A stretch of DNA of 64,000 nucleotides, taken from contig JAWOEX010000010.1 in assembly GCA_046482545.1 (NCBI GenBank), positions 64,001 to 128,000 of the forward strand, in the 5' to 3' direction. A program made the position numbers and the translations under genes. The first letter of the stretch is position 1. Each line of letters begins with the position of its first letter. The stretch comes from Candidatus Thorarchaeota archaeon. GTDB taxonomy: Archaea; Asgardarchaeota; Thorarchaeia; Thorarchaeales; Thorarchaeaceae. Shown here piece after piece: positions 20,618 through 30,989 of this stretch. Below the pieces are notes generated by a model. The model was given only the letters and a program-made list of their open reading frames with translations, searched no databases and had not been told where the DNA came from.

Positions 20618-21091
20618 TTATTTTGAAGGGGAAGGGAATTTCTTCCCTTTTGCGATGTGTGGCTGAAGACCCAGCTTCTTGAAAATTCTGTCCAGAATGT
20701 CCGCTGTAGATTGATTTGTTGTTTGCCGAAACAGGTGGGTACCACAGTTCCTTTTGCAATCAGAGGCACCGAACCCCGGTGGGCCTTGCTCGAAGTCATC
20801 GCTGCTCTTTATGCTCTGGGCTAGATCACATTCCATTGTTTCATCTGTCCTAGCCCATACTGCGCTTTCAATTTCTACATCCATGTCTAACAGGTAATCG
20901 ATGTGCCAATGAATTGTCTTTGTATCAGAGAAGTGACGGCCCAGTCTGTTTTCTAAACTTGTGGAGCCTATCCCCAATGCAGACCCAACATAGACATAGG
21001 CCCCCTTCTCTAGAGTTAGTTTTCCTAGTCCTCCTGTTGTGAGAGTCAGTTGCTTACTGATTTGGATTATAAGTGCGTATACGCCTTTCAT
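20618..21091 (-). CDS. GIY-YIG nuclease family protein (DUF123)
   Basis: KGVYAL...YVYVGSA...RLGRH...HWHIDYL...GFGASDC..C.THL. Confidence 0.9.
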   Translation of the reverse strand: MKGVYALIIQISKQLTLTTGGLGKLTLEKGAYVYVGSALGIGSTSLENRLGRHFSDTKTIHWHIDYLLDMDVEIESAVWARTDETMECDLAQSIKSSDDFEQGPPGFGASDCKRNCGTHLFRQTTNQSTADILDRIFKKLGLQPHIAKGKKFPSPSK

Positions 21092-21128
21092 GATTTGAAA
21101 ACCTGCCGGGTTAACATCACTGTTGAAT

Positions 21129-22172
21129 CTATCTTCTATTCTTCATAGATGGCTTTGCAACCTTCTTGATGAATCGCCAGGCTTGCCTACTGTTTAGCAC
21201 CCCTGCTTCCAGCTCTCTTAGGATTCTATAGACTGATGGACCAACCATACCCCAACCCATGTTATGGAGCTTCCTGAGGAAATTACAACCGAATGTCTCT
21301 CGCCTGGGTGAAAACCCGTGGTGTTTCAGTATATCCTTCATTCGGTATTTCGTCAAGCTCAGAAGTGCCGGTAAGTGGATTTGGAGCATCCCATCTTGTT
21401 CCTGTAGGGCCTGCCTCCCTGTTGGAAGGCTTTGACCCGTCACTACAATATTGTGCCCATCCGCTTTGGCTTCTTCAATGACCTTCGCCATGAGCGCTGT
21501 ATGACATTCACCGCAGGGATGAATCCGCCCTTGTCTTGATTTTTCCATAATACCCTCAATCATGCTTGGGACTTCTACAATGCGGCAAGTAGCATCAAGC
21601 TTTTCACAGACCTCTACTATGGCACGTATGTCTGGGGGTGCCAAGACTTGAGGATGCGGAGATATCGTATAGGCTACGCACTCCATTTCGGCATCTCGAA
21701 GAATAACTAGGGCCGCAGAGCTATCCACCCCTCCTGAATAGGCAACTGCTGCAAGTCCCTTATTGTTGTCTGGCTGGTAATCATGCAGTGACTGAGCCGG
21801 AAACGCAATCTCAAGTGCGATGAGAGCCTCAAGCCAGGGAAATAGGTTATTATCACTAAATTTGCTTGTAGTCATAAGTTCGTGCAGCCTGTGCTTGCTG
21901 GCTTCAAGTCTTACCCGTCTAAGCGCCAGCTCGTCCGCTCCATGAAATGCTACATCCTTTCCTATTTGTCGTGCGATTTTAGCCGCTAGCCTACCCCCAG
22001 GGCCTATACATTGGCTTTTCTCAGCTCTGTCAGGAACGATTGCATGAAGTTGGCCTTCTGGATGCTCAAGAACTTTCCGTACTTGAGGGTTTTCTCCTCG
22101 GTCTAGGTTCAAGCTCTTTCTTGTATCTTCTAGCAGTCGCGCCATTTCTACAGCATCCATCCAATAAGCCAC
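21129..22172 (-). CDS. PP-loop ATPase with N-terminal KH-like domain (COG1365-like)
   Basis: PDRAEKS..IGPGG, AYSGGVDSS, HPCGECH. Confidence 0.8.
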   Translation of the reverse strand: MAYWMDAVEMARLLEDTRKSLNLDRGENPQVRKVLEHPEGQLHAIVPDRAEKSQCIGPGGRLAAKIARQIGKDVAFHGADELALRRVRLEASKHRLHELMTTSKFSDNNLFPWLEALIALEIAFPAQSLHDYQPDNNKGLAAVAYSGGVDSSAALVILRDAEMECVAYTISPHPQVLAPPDIRAIVEVCEKLDATCRIVEVPSMIEGIMEKSRQGRIHPCGECHTALMAKVIEEAKADGHNIVVTGQSLPTGRQALQEQDGMLQIHLPALLSLTKYRMKDILKHHGFSPRRETFGCNFLRKLHNMGWGMVGPSVYRILRELEAGVLNSRQAWRFIKKVAKPSMKNRR

Positions 22173-22232
22173 CTGTACCGTTCAGAAGCTCGATACCATC
22201 TTAAGTTGCCGGGTCCACTATGAAATAGGAAA

Positions 22233-23180
22233 ATGCCTTCCAAGATACTTCCTAGCGTCTACCGCATAGAAGGAGAATATGCTGGAGAGTACGGTTATTT
22301 ATCTAGCTATCTGTATATAGCTGATGATGAATGTCTGGTGATTGATCCCCGAACAGCCGGTAGTCCTGGTAAAAAGATACTCAAAGCAATCAAAACCCTT
22401 GGTTTGAAAGCTTCCCGAGATGTCATAGGTATCCTGTGTACCCATGCTCACCCGGATCATGTTGGCGGGGTGAAGATGCTGAAGGAAGAGACCGGTGCTC
22501 CCGTGATTATACATGCAGATGCCGTACCTCTGCTCAGAGAGCCCGGTCTTTTCACAAAGTCCCGCTTAAGGCTAAACCTCTCTGAGCGAATAGCGATGAA
22601 GTTCGAGAGAGGTCCCTTACGAGTTAACTATGATGGCCAAGAAGCAGACAGAATCCTCAATGACAGAGACTTGGTGCATATAGGCAATAGTACACTTCGG
22701 ACGATACTTACTGCTGGCCATTCTGCAGGCCATTGTGCATTCTATGATTCTGATCGCAAGATTCTATTCTGCGGAGACGAAATCACCAACTTTCCAAATA
22801 GCCCTAGAAAATTCTACGTTGACCTGTCGGGAAGCATGATAGCAAAACGATGCGCTCTCGAAAAGATAAAGAAGATGGAAATTGACTATCTCCTTCCTGC
22901 TCATGATATACCTCATCTTTTCGGAGACGTGAGGACGCAGATTGTAGAGTCACTCAGTGGAGTGATAGCTTTCCAAGACTCAGTTCTTGAGCACGTATGC
23001 ATACGGGGAGAAGCAGATATTGAGCAACTCGTATTCGATATTACGAAAGCCAACTCGATACCATATCCCAAGGAGATGAAGGCGCTTCTGCCAACAACAA
23101 TCCTCGTAGCGCTTAGAAGTCTTCAGAAGGCCGGATTGGTCTTTGAGGAAGAAGGCATTTGGATGTCAGAGAATTGCTGA
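22233..23180 (+). CDS. MBL-fold metallo-hydrolase
   Basis: THAHPDHVGG, GHSAGH, GD, PAH. Confidence 0.88.
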   Translation: MPSKILPSVYRIEGEYAGEYGYLSSYLYIADDECLVIDPRTAGSPGKKILKAIKTLGLKASRDVIGILCTHAHPDHVGGVKMLKEETGAPVIIHADAVPLLREPGLFTKSRLRLNLSERIAMKFERGPLRVNYDGQEADRILNDRDLVHIGNSTLRTILTAGHSAGHCAFYDSDRKILFCGDEITNFPNSPRKFYVDLSGSMIAKRCALEKIKKMEIDYLLPAHDIPHLFGDVRTQIVESLSGVIAFQDSVLEHVCIRGEADIEQLVFDITKANSIPYPKEMKALLPTTILVALRSLQKAGLVFEEEGIWMSENC

Positions 23181-23269
23181 TAAGATTGCCACCCATTTCA
23201 GCTACGAACAGGTTTGCAATGGAAACCTATATACGGAATAGCTCGGCGCATCGTTGTGGTGGCTAATCC

Positions 23270-24670
23270 TTGACAAAGAGATTTACTCCCTCCGGGGTAA
23301 TGCCCGCACTTGTTACACCATTCACTAGACATGGTGATATACATGAAGAGGGCCTCAAGGAGGTAATAGATTACACTATTGAGAAAGGGTGTACGGGGGT
23401 GGTTCCTGCAGGAACCACCGGTGAATTTGTCTACATGCGAACTGAAGAGAGAAAGAAGTTACTCAAACTGACAGTAGAACATGTGGATGGCCGTGTCCCT
23501 GTGGTAGCTGGAACTGGACAGAACAGCACCCGCGCCACAATCAGCCTTACAAAGTACGCTGCTGATTTGGGCTGTGATGCAGCTCTGGTTGTTTCACCTT
23601 TCTTCTTGCGCCCAGATGATAAAGGGTACTACCAACATTATGCAGATGTAGCAAGAGAAGGGAATCTTCCTGTAATCCTGTATAATATCCCTCAATGTAC
23701 CCTTGGGACCCTACAATCCAACGTCGTTCAGGATTTGGCGGATCTCGACAATATCGTTGGAATCAAGGATAGTGGAGGGGATATCGGTCATACAATGGAA
23801 CTAATACAGAAGGTTAGTGACAGAATCCCTGTCCTGATAGGACATGATGAGTGCTTCCTCTCAGCAGTATCTGCTGGAGCTAGCGCTGCTATTATGGCTT
23901 CAGCAAATATTATGCCACATATCTGGCTGGAAATAATGGAGTGTGTCCAGAACGGAAACTTCGAGAAAGCACGAAAAATGCAACTGGATGCTCAGACGCT
24001 TGCCAGAATAGTCACAAGAAATGGGGGTGCTCCACCTGTGAAGGCTGCCCTCAAAATGATGGGTATTGAAGCGGGATATTCTCGAATGCCACTTGATTCT
24101 GGAGGAACACTTACACGGGAACTGAAGGAAGAAATCAGATTGGAGCTTGAAAAGCTTGGCCTGATAGAAACTCCAACTAGGTCACCACTTCAGGAAAAGC
24201 CTGACGTACGGAAATTAGCTACCGACCTTGGCTTTGAGAATCCCGATTTTGAAGGGTGTAGATTCGCTACAGCGGCGAATGATACAGTCTCGGTGACTGT
24301 TGTTACTGGAAAGAAGAAATCAGCAATTGGAGATTTCTTTGTAAGGCTACTCACCACACCCAAACAGGGCTATGAAGGGCTTACCGTTATTCTAGAGCCA
24401 AATTTGGCGGTAAAACCGAGCTCATTAATGGTTCCTGCCAGAGGAATACAATCCATGCGTCAAGCTTCTCTTTTCTATGGCCCCGTTCAATCCGGTGCTG
24501 CTAAGGCGATAGCAGCCACAGTGGAATCTGGTGCTATAAGCGAAGAGAGAATCGACGACACGTTGATGATTCTAATGCTAGATGTGAACTTGGACTCGCG
24601 TGACCGCAGGAAGATAGTCACAGCCACGGAAGAAGTAGTCGCTGAAGCAATGAGTTCTATTTGGAGCTGA
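23270..24670 (+). CDS. DapA-family class I aldolase fused to a Fae-like (formaldehyde-activating enzyme) domain, copy 1
   Basis: GTTGE, LYNIP, GIKDS; C-terminal LTVILEPNLAVKPSSLMVP...FYGPVQSGAAKAIA is Fae-like. Confidence 0.85.
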   Translation: MTKRFTPSGVMPALVTPFTRHGDIHEEGLKEVIDYTIEKGCTGVVPAGTTGEFVYMRTEERKKLLKLTVEHVDGRVPVVAGTGQNSTRATISLTKYAADLGCDAALVVSPFFLRPDDKGYYQHYADVAREGNLPVILYNIPQCTLGTLQSNVVQDLADLDNIVGIKDSGGDIGHTMELIQKVSDRIPVLIGHDECFLSAVSAGASAAIMASANIMPHIWLEIMECVQNGNFEKARKMQLDAQTLARIVTRNGGAPPVKAALKMMGIEAGYSRMPLDSGGTLTRELKEEIRLELEKLGLIETPTRSPLQEKPDVRKLATDLGFENPDFEGCRFATAANDTVSVTVVTGKKKSAIGDFFVRLLTTPKQGYEGLTVILEPNLAVKPSSLMVPARGIQSMRQASLFYGPVQSGAAKAIAATVESGAISEERIDDTLMILMLDVNLDSRDRRKIVTATEEVVAEAMSSIWS

Positions 24671-24674
24671 GAAA

Positions 24675-26150
24675 ATGAGTGATGATTTTAAGTTTCAAGG
24701 TGTCTATCCGGCCCTCGTTACACCTTTTGACGAGGGCGGCGTGAACGCATCGCAGTACAAGGGTTTGATTGAGCATTTGATTGGAAGGGGCGCGACTGGA
24801 ATTGTTCCTTGCGGTACAACCGGTGAGTTTACCAGTATGACTTTTGATGAGCGTTTGCAAGCCATCCGAATCGCATGTGAGACAGCTGCGGGACGCGTAC
24901 CCGTCATGGCTGGTACAGGTGCCCCATACACGGCAGATGCGGTCAAACTCACTCGACGAGCAGCTGAATTGGGAGCGGATGCTGCTCTAGTGGTTACTCC
25001 ATATTTCCTTAAGCCCTCCACAAAGGAAATCTACGAACACTACACGCGAGTAGCTGAGGCCAGTGACCTCCCCATCTTTCTGTACAATATTCCGCAAGTA
25101 ACAGGAATCAAGCTGGACTGGAAACTGGTCGATGGCTTACAAGAAATAGATGGTATTGCTGGCATGAAAGATTCTAGTGGCGATCTGGTTAACCTTACAA
25201 CCATTCTATTGCGACGCCCTCATGATTTTCAGGTTGTTGTAGGCCATGATGAAGTGGCATTTCCTGCTCTTGCGGCGGGTTGTGATGGAGCCATACTCAT
25301 GAGTGCAAATGTCTTTCCTAATCGATACATTCAGATGCAAAGTGCTCTGTCAAGAGGGAATCTCAAAGATGCGAAGATTGTGCAAAGGACGATTCAAAAG
25401 ACTGTACGCCTCCTTGTCAATAAGGGGGGTGCAATCGCAGTCAAAACTGCATTGAATATGATGGGCATAAATGTTGGAGATGCTCGGAAACCTCTTCTCG
25501 AAGGTGATTTGTTTAGTTTTGAGGATCTTGATGAGCTCAGGACATGCTTAGAGGATTTGCAGCTGATTCCAAGAGGACCTGTGACATTCAAGATGGGCAA
25601 TCGGGAAATAGTTGCCGAACAATATCCAAAGGCTGCAGGAATTGTTGCTGATGTTGTTGATGACTTGACACTCCTGCATGGAGAATCTCTGTGCGGTGGT
25701 GGTCATGAGGTCGCCCATGTTGATTTGGTGATGGGTATCAAGACAGGTCCAATGCAACAGGCTTTAGAAACAGCAGATAAGATAGTAAAGGGTTTCCATC
25801 AGTCAAACATTATCAAAAATCTTCAGCCAACAACGGTCTTTGCGCCTACAGTGAATATCACTGATGAAGCCCACAAAGAAATGGTATATGATGTAGCCGA
25901 GAAAGCAGTCGCTGATGCGGTTACCAGAACTGTGACAGATCAAATCATACCCGAGGAACTTGTTCCTGATCTCGTCATTGCGGTTAACGCCTTTGTTCAC
26001 CCTGCTGCTAATAACAAGCGTAGGGTGCACATCAATAATTTCCGCGCTGTTCGGCATGCTCTTAGACGCGCTATTGAAGGACGACCTGATATTTCTACAG
26101 TCATAGAACAGAAGAACTCATCTCGGCATCCTTTTGCCTATGGTCCATAA
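24675..26150 (+). CDS. DapA-family class I aldolase fused to a Fae domain, copy 2
   Basis: GTTGE, LYNIP, GMKDS; C-terminal GESLCGGGHEVAHVDLVMG...AVADAV...FVHPAA...RHPF is Fae. Confidence 0.88.
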   Translation: MSDDFKFQGVYPALVTPFDEGGVNASQYKGLIEHLIGRGATGIVPCGTTGEFTSMTFDERLQAIRIACETAAGRVPVMAGTGAPYTADAVKLTRRAAELGADAALVVTPYFLKPSTKEIYEHYTRVAEASDLPIFLYNIPQVTGIKLDWKLVDGLQEIDGIAGMKDSSGDLVNLTTILLRRPHDFQVVVGHDEVAFPALAAGCDGAILMSANVFPNRYIQMQSALSRGNLKDAKIVQRTIQKTVRLLVNKGGAIAVKTALNMMGINVGDARKPLLEGDLFSFEDLDELRTCLEDLQLIPRGPVTFKMGNREIVAEQYPKAAGIVADVVDDLTLLHGESLCGGGHEVAHVDLVMGIKTGPMQQALETADKIVKGFHQSNIIKNLQPTTVFAPTVNITDEAHKEMVYDVAEKAVADAVTRTVTDQIIPEELVPDLVIAVNAFVHPAANNKRRVHINNFRAVRHALRRAIEGRPDISTVIEQKNSSRHPFAYGP

Positions 26151-26263
26151 CGGAAGAACGTCACAGTTATAATGGTGTATGCACAGCCACCTTTGATACT
26201 TCCCAGGTGTGGCACAGCCAATCCTTACGGCAACCAGAGCTGAAAATTCCCCATAATCGGTGT

Positions 26264-26497
26264 ATGAATGTGCATGAAGAATACAAGAAATTGCTCGATA
26301 ATTTAATTCGATCCGTTAGCTCCAATAAGTTGGATGAGTTTATTGAAGATGGGGAAAACATCGTACTGGAAGGCGATTATGGTCGCATATCCTTAACAAG
26401 GAAAGGTGACGAGGTCCGGGCAAAATCTGTGTCTGGTATTGATTCTGAGGGCAGATATAGGCTTGACAAAAGTGTTCTTTCTGACACATCAGATTAA
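26264..26497 (+). CDS. small hypothetical protein
   Basis: ORF from MNVHEEY with protein-like composition. Confidence 0.55.
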   Translation: MNVHEEYKKLLDNLIRSVSSNKLDEFIEDGENIVLEGDYGRISLTRKGDEVRAKSVSGIDSEGRYRLDKSVLSDTSD

Positions 26498-26760
26498 GCA
26501 ATTCGTTATGAGTAGGCACCCGAATTCGTATTCTTGACCTATTGTGGTTGAATCACACTGAAAAAAAGGTGTGGCTAAGTCTCAGCCTGCTCTTGGATAA
26601 TCATTGCCTTTCGGCTCATACAGGGGTAATTTGCAACATCATGGACCGCCACAGCCTTTTTTCTCAGATTGCCTTTAAGAACTATTTCTTGTGCTCTCGA
26701 AGGCCACTCCCCCGGATTCACAATGCTAATCAGTTGTTGTTCATCTTCTCTGAGTGATAG

Positions 26761-27900
26761 ATGATGGTTAACGAATCTAGGATTTTAGGCCTTCTAAAAG
26801 AACTAGTAGCGACTAACAGCGAAAATCCGCCCGGTAATGAACGCGGAGTGGCCGAAGTGCTTCGCGATTACCTATCACAGTATGATATTAAGTCAAAAGA
26901 GGTTGGAGATAATGAGGATCGCCCCAATCTTATTTTCTCAACCCATGACGGTGATTTTGGAAATCTCCTAATGCACGGTCACATGGATACCGTACCTGTT
27001 GGCTCTAAGGATAATTGGTCTTACGACCCTTTTGGTGCTAAAGTATCATCAGGGCGTCTCTATGGCCGGGGTGCATGCGATATGAAAGGTCCATTAGCCG
27101 CCTTGGCTGAGACCATGATTCAATACAAAAAGGAGAATCATGAGATGCCATTGGTCATGCTTGCAACTTCGGATGAAGAAGCAGGCTTGCGAGGTGCCCA
27201 ACAAGTATCAGACAGTGGTATACTGGAAGGTATTAAGTGGGGGGTATGTGCCGAACCTACCAGCTTGGGTATTCTCTTAGGCGGAAAAGGCACGTTCTGG
27301 GTGAAACTACGGACAACAGGAAAATCCGCGCACGGTTCGAGACCCCAAGAAGGTATCAATGCTATCTCCCTGTGCATAGAAGCCCTAGAAGCAATCACCG
27401 GTGAGCAATTTGAATATGATGAGTCATTGTTGGGAGCGCCTACTGTTAACATAGGAGTGATTGAAGGTGGTGCGAAAATCAATGTGGTACCTGAGTACTG
27501 TGAAGCCCAAATAGATATGCGCACTGTTGAAGGTCAGACTACTGAATACATCGCCGAATCCATGAAGAGCCGACTGGAAAGCGCGGGTTTGGACGAGTAT
27601 GTCCAAATAGATATCATAGATGCACATCCACCAGTACTGACACCAAAGGATGCGGAGATAGTAATAGCTGCGAAAGAGGCGATAACAGAAATCACTGGAA
27701 CCACCCCCGAATTGGCCACAGCCACCTACGGAACAGACTGTTCAGTTCTTCAGCCCGACGTGGGGATTACTAACGTTATCTGTGGGCCTGGATCAATCGA
27801 GCAAGCGCATCAGCCTGATGAGTATATCGAAATCAAGGAACTTCTGACTTCAGTTGGGGTTTATCTCCAGATCGCTCGCTACTTTGCCAATGTTTACTGA
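26761..27900 (+). CDS. M20 metallopeptidase (ArgE/DapE family)
   Basis: HGHMDTVP, GRGACDMKG, DEE, EPT, AHQPDE. Confidence 0.92.
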   Translation: MMVNESRILGLLKELVATNSENPPGNERGVAEVLRDYLSQYDIKSKEVGDNEDRPNLIFSTHDGDFGNLLMHGHMDTVPVGSKDNWSYDPFGAKVSSGRLYGRGACDMKGPLAALAETMIQYKKENHEMPLVMLATSDEEAGLRGAQQVSDSGILEGIKWGVCAEPTSLGILLGGKGTFWVKLRTTGKSAHGSRPQEGINAISLCIEALEAITGEQFEYDESLLGAPTVNIGVIEGGAKINVVPEYCEAQIDMRTVEGQTTEYIAESMKSRLESAGLDEYVQIDIIDAHPPVLTPKDAEIVIAAKEAITEITGTTPELATATYGTDCSVLQPDVGITNVICGPGSIEQAHQPDEYIEIKELLTSVGVYLQIARYFANVY

Positions 27901-27921
27901 CCATCAACGTAGCGACTGCCG

Positions 27922-28707
27922 TTAACTCTCGGATGACGCTCTTACAGCAATAAGAGCTGCAATAGCTCCGCCACCAATACCATTCCCAATGTTGACTACA
28001 GCCAAGCCGGGAGCACAGGACTGAAGCATGGAGGCCAAAGCGGTTTCGCCCCTCCCACCATGTCCGTATCCGATAGGCACAGGTACGCCAATAACTGGGA
28101 TATCAACCAGTGAAGCCACTACTGTGGGTAGAGCCCCTTCCATTCCTGCAAATACAACTATTGCATGAACTTGTTCTTCTCTTATTTTCTGGAGCGGTTC
28201 GATAAGTCGGTGAATGCCTGAGACGCCAACATCACGGAATCTCAATACACCCACCCCCATGGTTTCTGCAACAGCTTGGGCTTCTTCTGCAAAGAATTCA
28301 TCGGAAGTCCCTGCTGTGATAATCGCAATCATGCCGCCTGTTCTTTTTGGTATCCATCTGGGATGATGAACTAACAGAGTCATGTGGTTTCCACCCCCTC
28401 TGATATCAAATTCAAAATCCGCGAGATGATTTTCAAGGTACTCTACTTGTTTTTCGTTGACACGGGTGGCAAGTACAAAATCCTTCACTTCGAGCATGGC
28501 TCGGAGAATCTGCATCAGTTGTTCGCTTGTCTTCGTTTCAGCCATAACAACTTCTGGAATGCCGCTCCTGTGTTCACGCCCAGGATCAATTACAGCTAAA
28601 TCTCCAACTTTCTGCAATTCTAGTTTTTGCAATCTCTTTTGAGCTTCATCAACATTGATTTGGCCTGAAGCTAGGGCTTCCAAAACCTCTCGAATTTCTT
28701 GCATCAC
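27922..28707 (-). CDS. larB: nickel-pincer cofactor biosynthesis protein LarB
   Basis: GIPEVV, AGTSD, DVGVSGIHRL, AGMEGALP, GVPVPIGYG, LQSCAPG. Confidence 0.9.
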   Translation of the reverse strand: MMQEIREVLEALASGQINVDEAQKRLQKLELQKVGDLAVIDPGREHRSGIPEVVMAETKTSEQLMQILRAMLEVKDFVLATRVNEKQVEYLENHLADFEFDIRGGGNHMTLLVHHPRWIPKRTGGMIAIITAGTSDEFFAEEAQAVAETMGVGVLRFRDVGVSGIHRLIEPLQKIREEQVHAIVVFAGMEGALPTVVASLVDIPVIGVPVPIGYGHGGRGETALASMLQSCAPGLAVVNIGNGIGGGAIAALIAVRASSES

Positions 28708-28849
28708 TCTTAGTCATTCCTATGGATATCCTCATTGCAGTTAGTGAGAAATCTTAAAGTTGCTGTTTGCTGCTCCTATAAGCGAGATCCCCTCTGTGAA
28801 GCCAAAGAAAACAATGTAGTTCCTCGAAACTCTCGGCGATTTGGACGTG

Positions 28850-29114
28850 GTGAACAGCCGCAGACTCTCCAGAGCCTGATGAGGCTCTTTGTTCGGATAG
28901 TGGGACTTCTGTCGAGAAGGGGAAGACTTCACTCAGGCTCTCGGCCTCGCGGTTCGCAGCACTGCACTAGCCCTCTAGCCTAGTTCTACGGAAACCCAAC
29001 TCGATAGCTAGCCCAATAAACACCTCTTGTGCTCGGTCATGAAGGGACTTTCAGGAAATCTTGCAGATATGCTTCACTTTGGAGTGCCGATTTGTTTAGG
29101 ATTTTGTAAGATTT
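28850..29114 (-). ncRNA. structured non-coding element E1 (omega-RNA / IS200-IS605 end-like), homolog of 53290-53552
   Basis: Shares AAATCTTACAAAATCCTA, CAGAAGTCCC, a covarying hairpin and a GCGGYTGTTCAC end with E2. Confidence 0.6.
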
Positions 29115-29141
29115 ACGTCTTCCTCGATTTCCGGATAAAGT

Positions 29142-30206
29142 CTATATCTCATAAATCCAGCCATATGGATCGTCAGTATGCCCACACTGAATACCTGTGA
29201 GATTGTCAAACAGCTTCCGTGAGAGATTGCCTACATATCCATCCGCTACCTGATAAGATGTGTTTTCAAAGTAGAGTTCACCCACTGGTGCAATCACAGC
29301 AGCTGTTCCAGTCCCGAAAATCTCAAGCACTTTGCCATTCGCGATACCTTCTATAACTTCGTAAATCGAAATCTTTCGTTCGGTTACATCATAGCCAAAG
29401 TCACGCGCCAATTGCAGTACTGAATCGCGGGTTATACCTGGGAGAATTGTGTCGTTGAGAGGGGGAGTAGCAAGCTCGTCCTCAAAGCGCACAAAAACGT
29501 TCATCGTTCCGCATTCTTCAATATACTTGCGCTCAATGGCATCGAGCCACAACACCTGTGAGTATCCCTTCTCAGTCGCTTTCTTCGTAGCCAAGAGGCT
29601 CGCAGCATAGTTGCTCATCGTTTTAGCTGCGCCCACTCCACCCTTGACCGCTCTCGTGTACTTGTCTGAGACATATATGCTGACGGGATTGAATCCCTCT
29701 TTGAAGTATGGTCCAACAGGACTCAAGATGACATAGAGCAGATACTGGTCGGATGGTTTCACACCAAGTTTGGGCTCAATAGCTATCATGGTAGGCCGAA
29801 TATACAGGGAGGTACCGTGCTCCTCAGGTATCCAATCTCGCTCAATATCGATGAGCTTGGTCAGAGCAATGAGTAGCTGCTCGCTATCGACTTCTGGCAT
29901 GACCATACGTTTGGCTGACCTGTTCAAACGTTTGAGATTCTGACGAGGACGGAACAGTAGGACTCGATTCCCCCGCCGGTATGCCTTCATTCCCTCGAAG
30001 ATACCCTGACCATAATGGAGAACCAATGCAGCAGGACTAAGCTCAAGATGAGAATAGGGCCTAATCTGAGGGCGGTGCCATTGGCCGCATCTATATTCCA
30101 TCATCAACATGTGATCGGAATATACGCTGCCAAAGGTCAAAGCCATCGGGTCTGTGGGCTTACGTTTTCGCTCATCTTCTGGAACCAGATTAAGATCGAT
30201 ATCCAA
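29142..30206 (-). CDS. ilvE: branched-chain amino acid aminotransferase
   Basis: LHYGQGIFEGMKAY, LYIRP, AK..NY, EECGTMN, LPGITR, GTAAVI. Confidence 0.95.
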   Translation of the reverse strand: MDIDLNLVPEDERKRKPTDPMALTFGSVYSDHMLMMEYRCGQWHRPQIRPYSHLELSPAALVLHYGQGIFEGMKAYRRGNRVLLFRPRQNLKRLNRSAKRMVMPEVDSEQLLIALTKLIDIERDWIPEEHGTSLYIRPTMIAIEPKLGVKPSDQYLLYVILSPVGPYFKEGFNPVSIYVSDKYTRAVKGGVGAAKTMSNYAASLLATKKATEKGYSQVLWLDAIERKYIEECGTMNVFVRFEDELATPPLNDTILPGITRDSVLQLARDFGYDVTERKISIYEVIEGIANGKVLEIFGTGTAAVIAPVGELYFENTSYQVADGYVGNLSRKLFDNLTGIQCGHTDDPYGWIYEI

Positions 30207-30312
30207 ATCAACCCAACTCGAGTAGCGAATTTCAGCGGTACCTCTTAGGTCTTTCCTAGAAACGACGCAACAAATATCTTAAGTCAGTGATACGCAAAAT
30301 AGACTGATTTTC

Positions 30313-30915
30313 ATGAGTCACAGTGAAGGAGCAGATGATGAGGATTTTTTCCTTGAGCCGAAGGAGGTGCTTTCCCAGTACTCGGTGGAATGGGTCTCCC
30401 TTCGCAAATCACACACTGAAGTCAAGGATAAGCTTGAAGAAGTAAAAGATAAACTGAATGAACTGGATCAACAGCTTGAGAGAGGCGAGATAAGCGAAAA
30501 GAAACACATGGAACAGTACAGAGACTATTGGCAGAAATCAACAAAAATGATTGAGATAAAGCGAGAAGTCGAATCAAGACTCTTCGAAATCCAGCGTGAA
30601 ATACGAAAGGCAAACCGCAAACTCAAGAAGCTTGAAGAAGAAAAGCGCAGGCGGAAGCGAATTGAACAAGAACGTTCTAACGCTATGATTGAATGGATGA
30701 GCTTGAAGCAGGGATTTGAACTTGTTGGAGAAAAAAGAGACAACATATCTGCGAAAATGGATCAATTGGAACTAAAGCGTCGGAACGGAGAAATTAGTGA
30801 CGCTGATTATCGAAGGCAGCATGTTGAAAATCTGAAAGAATTGGCCAAGTTGCGGACGCTCGAGGTAGATATTCAAAACAGACTCGGTGAATTGCTGGAA
30901 ATAATCAGGAAGTAG
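30313..30915 (+). CDS. CdvA-like coiled-coil protein
   Basis: All-helical; two GEIS..(H/Y) turn motifs as in the CdvA coiled-coil domain. Confidence 0.5.
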   Translation: MSHSEGADDEDFFLEPKEVLSQYSVEWVSLRKSHTEVKDKLEEVKDKLNELDQQLERGEISEKKHMEQYRDYWQKSTKMIEIKREVESRLFEIQREIRKANRKLKKLEEEKRRRKRIEQERSNAMIEWMSLKQGFELVGEKRDNISAKMDQLELKRRNGEISDADYRRQHVENLKELAKLRTLEVDIQNRLGELLEIIRK

Positions 30916-30940
30916 CGCTTTCTCGTAAAAACTAATTTTC

Positions 30941-30975
30941 AAAAAAGATGAGGGTGACCCCCAAGAGGGGGCCTT
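30941..30975 (-). terminator. hairpin plus U-tract after gdhA
   Basis: CCCC/GGGG stem followed by TTTTTT on the minus strand. Confidence 0.55.
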
Positions 30976-30989
30976 ACACCACACATATT

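Noticed and set aside
20618-21091. GIY-YIG gene as a mobile homing endonuclease
   Set aside because: DUF123-type stand-alone archaeal family; no intron or element boundaries
28871-28888. Hammerhead core or box C (CTGATGAG)
   Set aside because: It is the loop of a hairpin read on the opposite strand; there is no correctly placed GAAA or box D, and the E2 equivalent reads TGATGG
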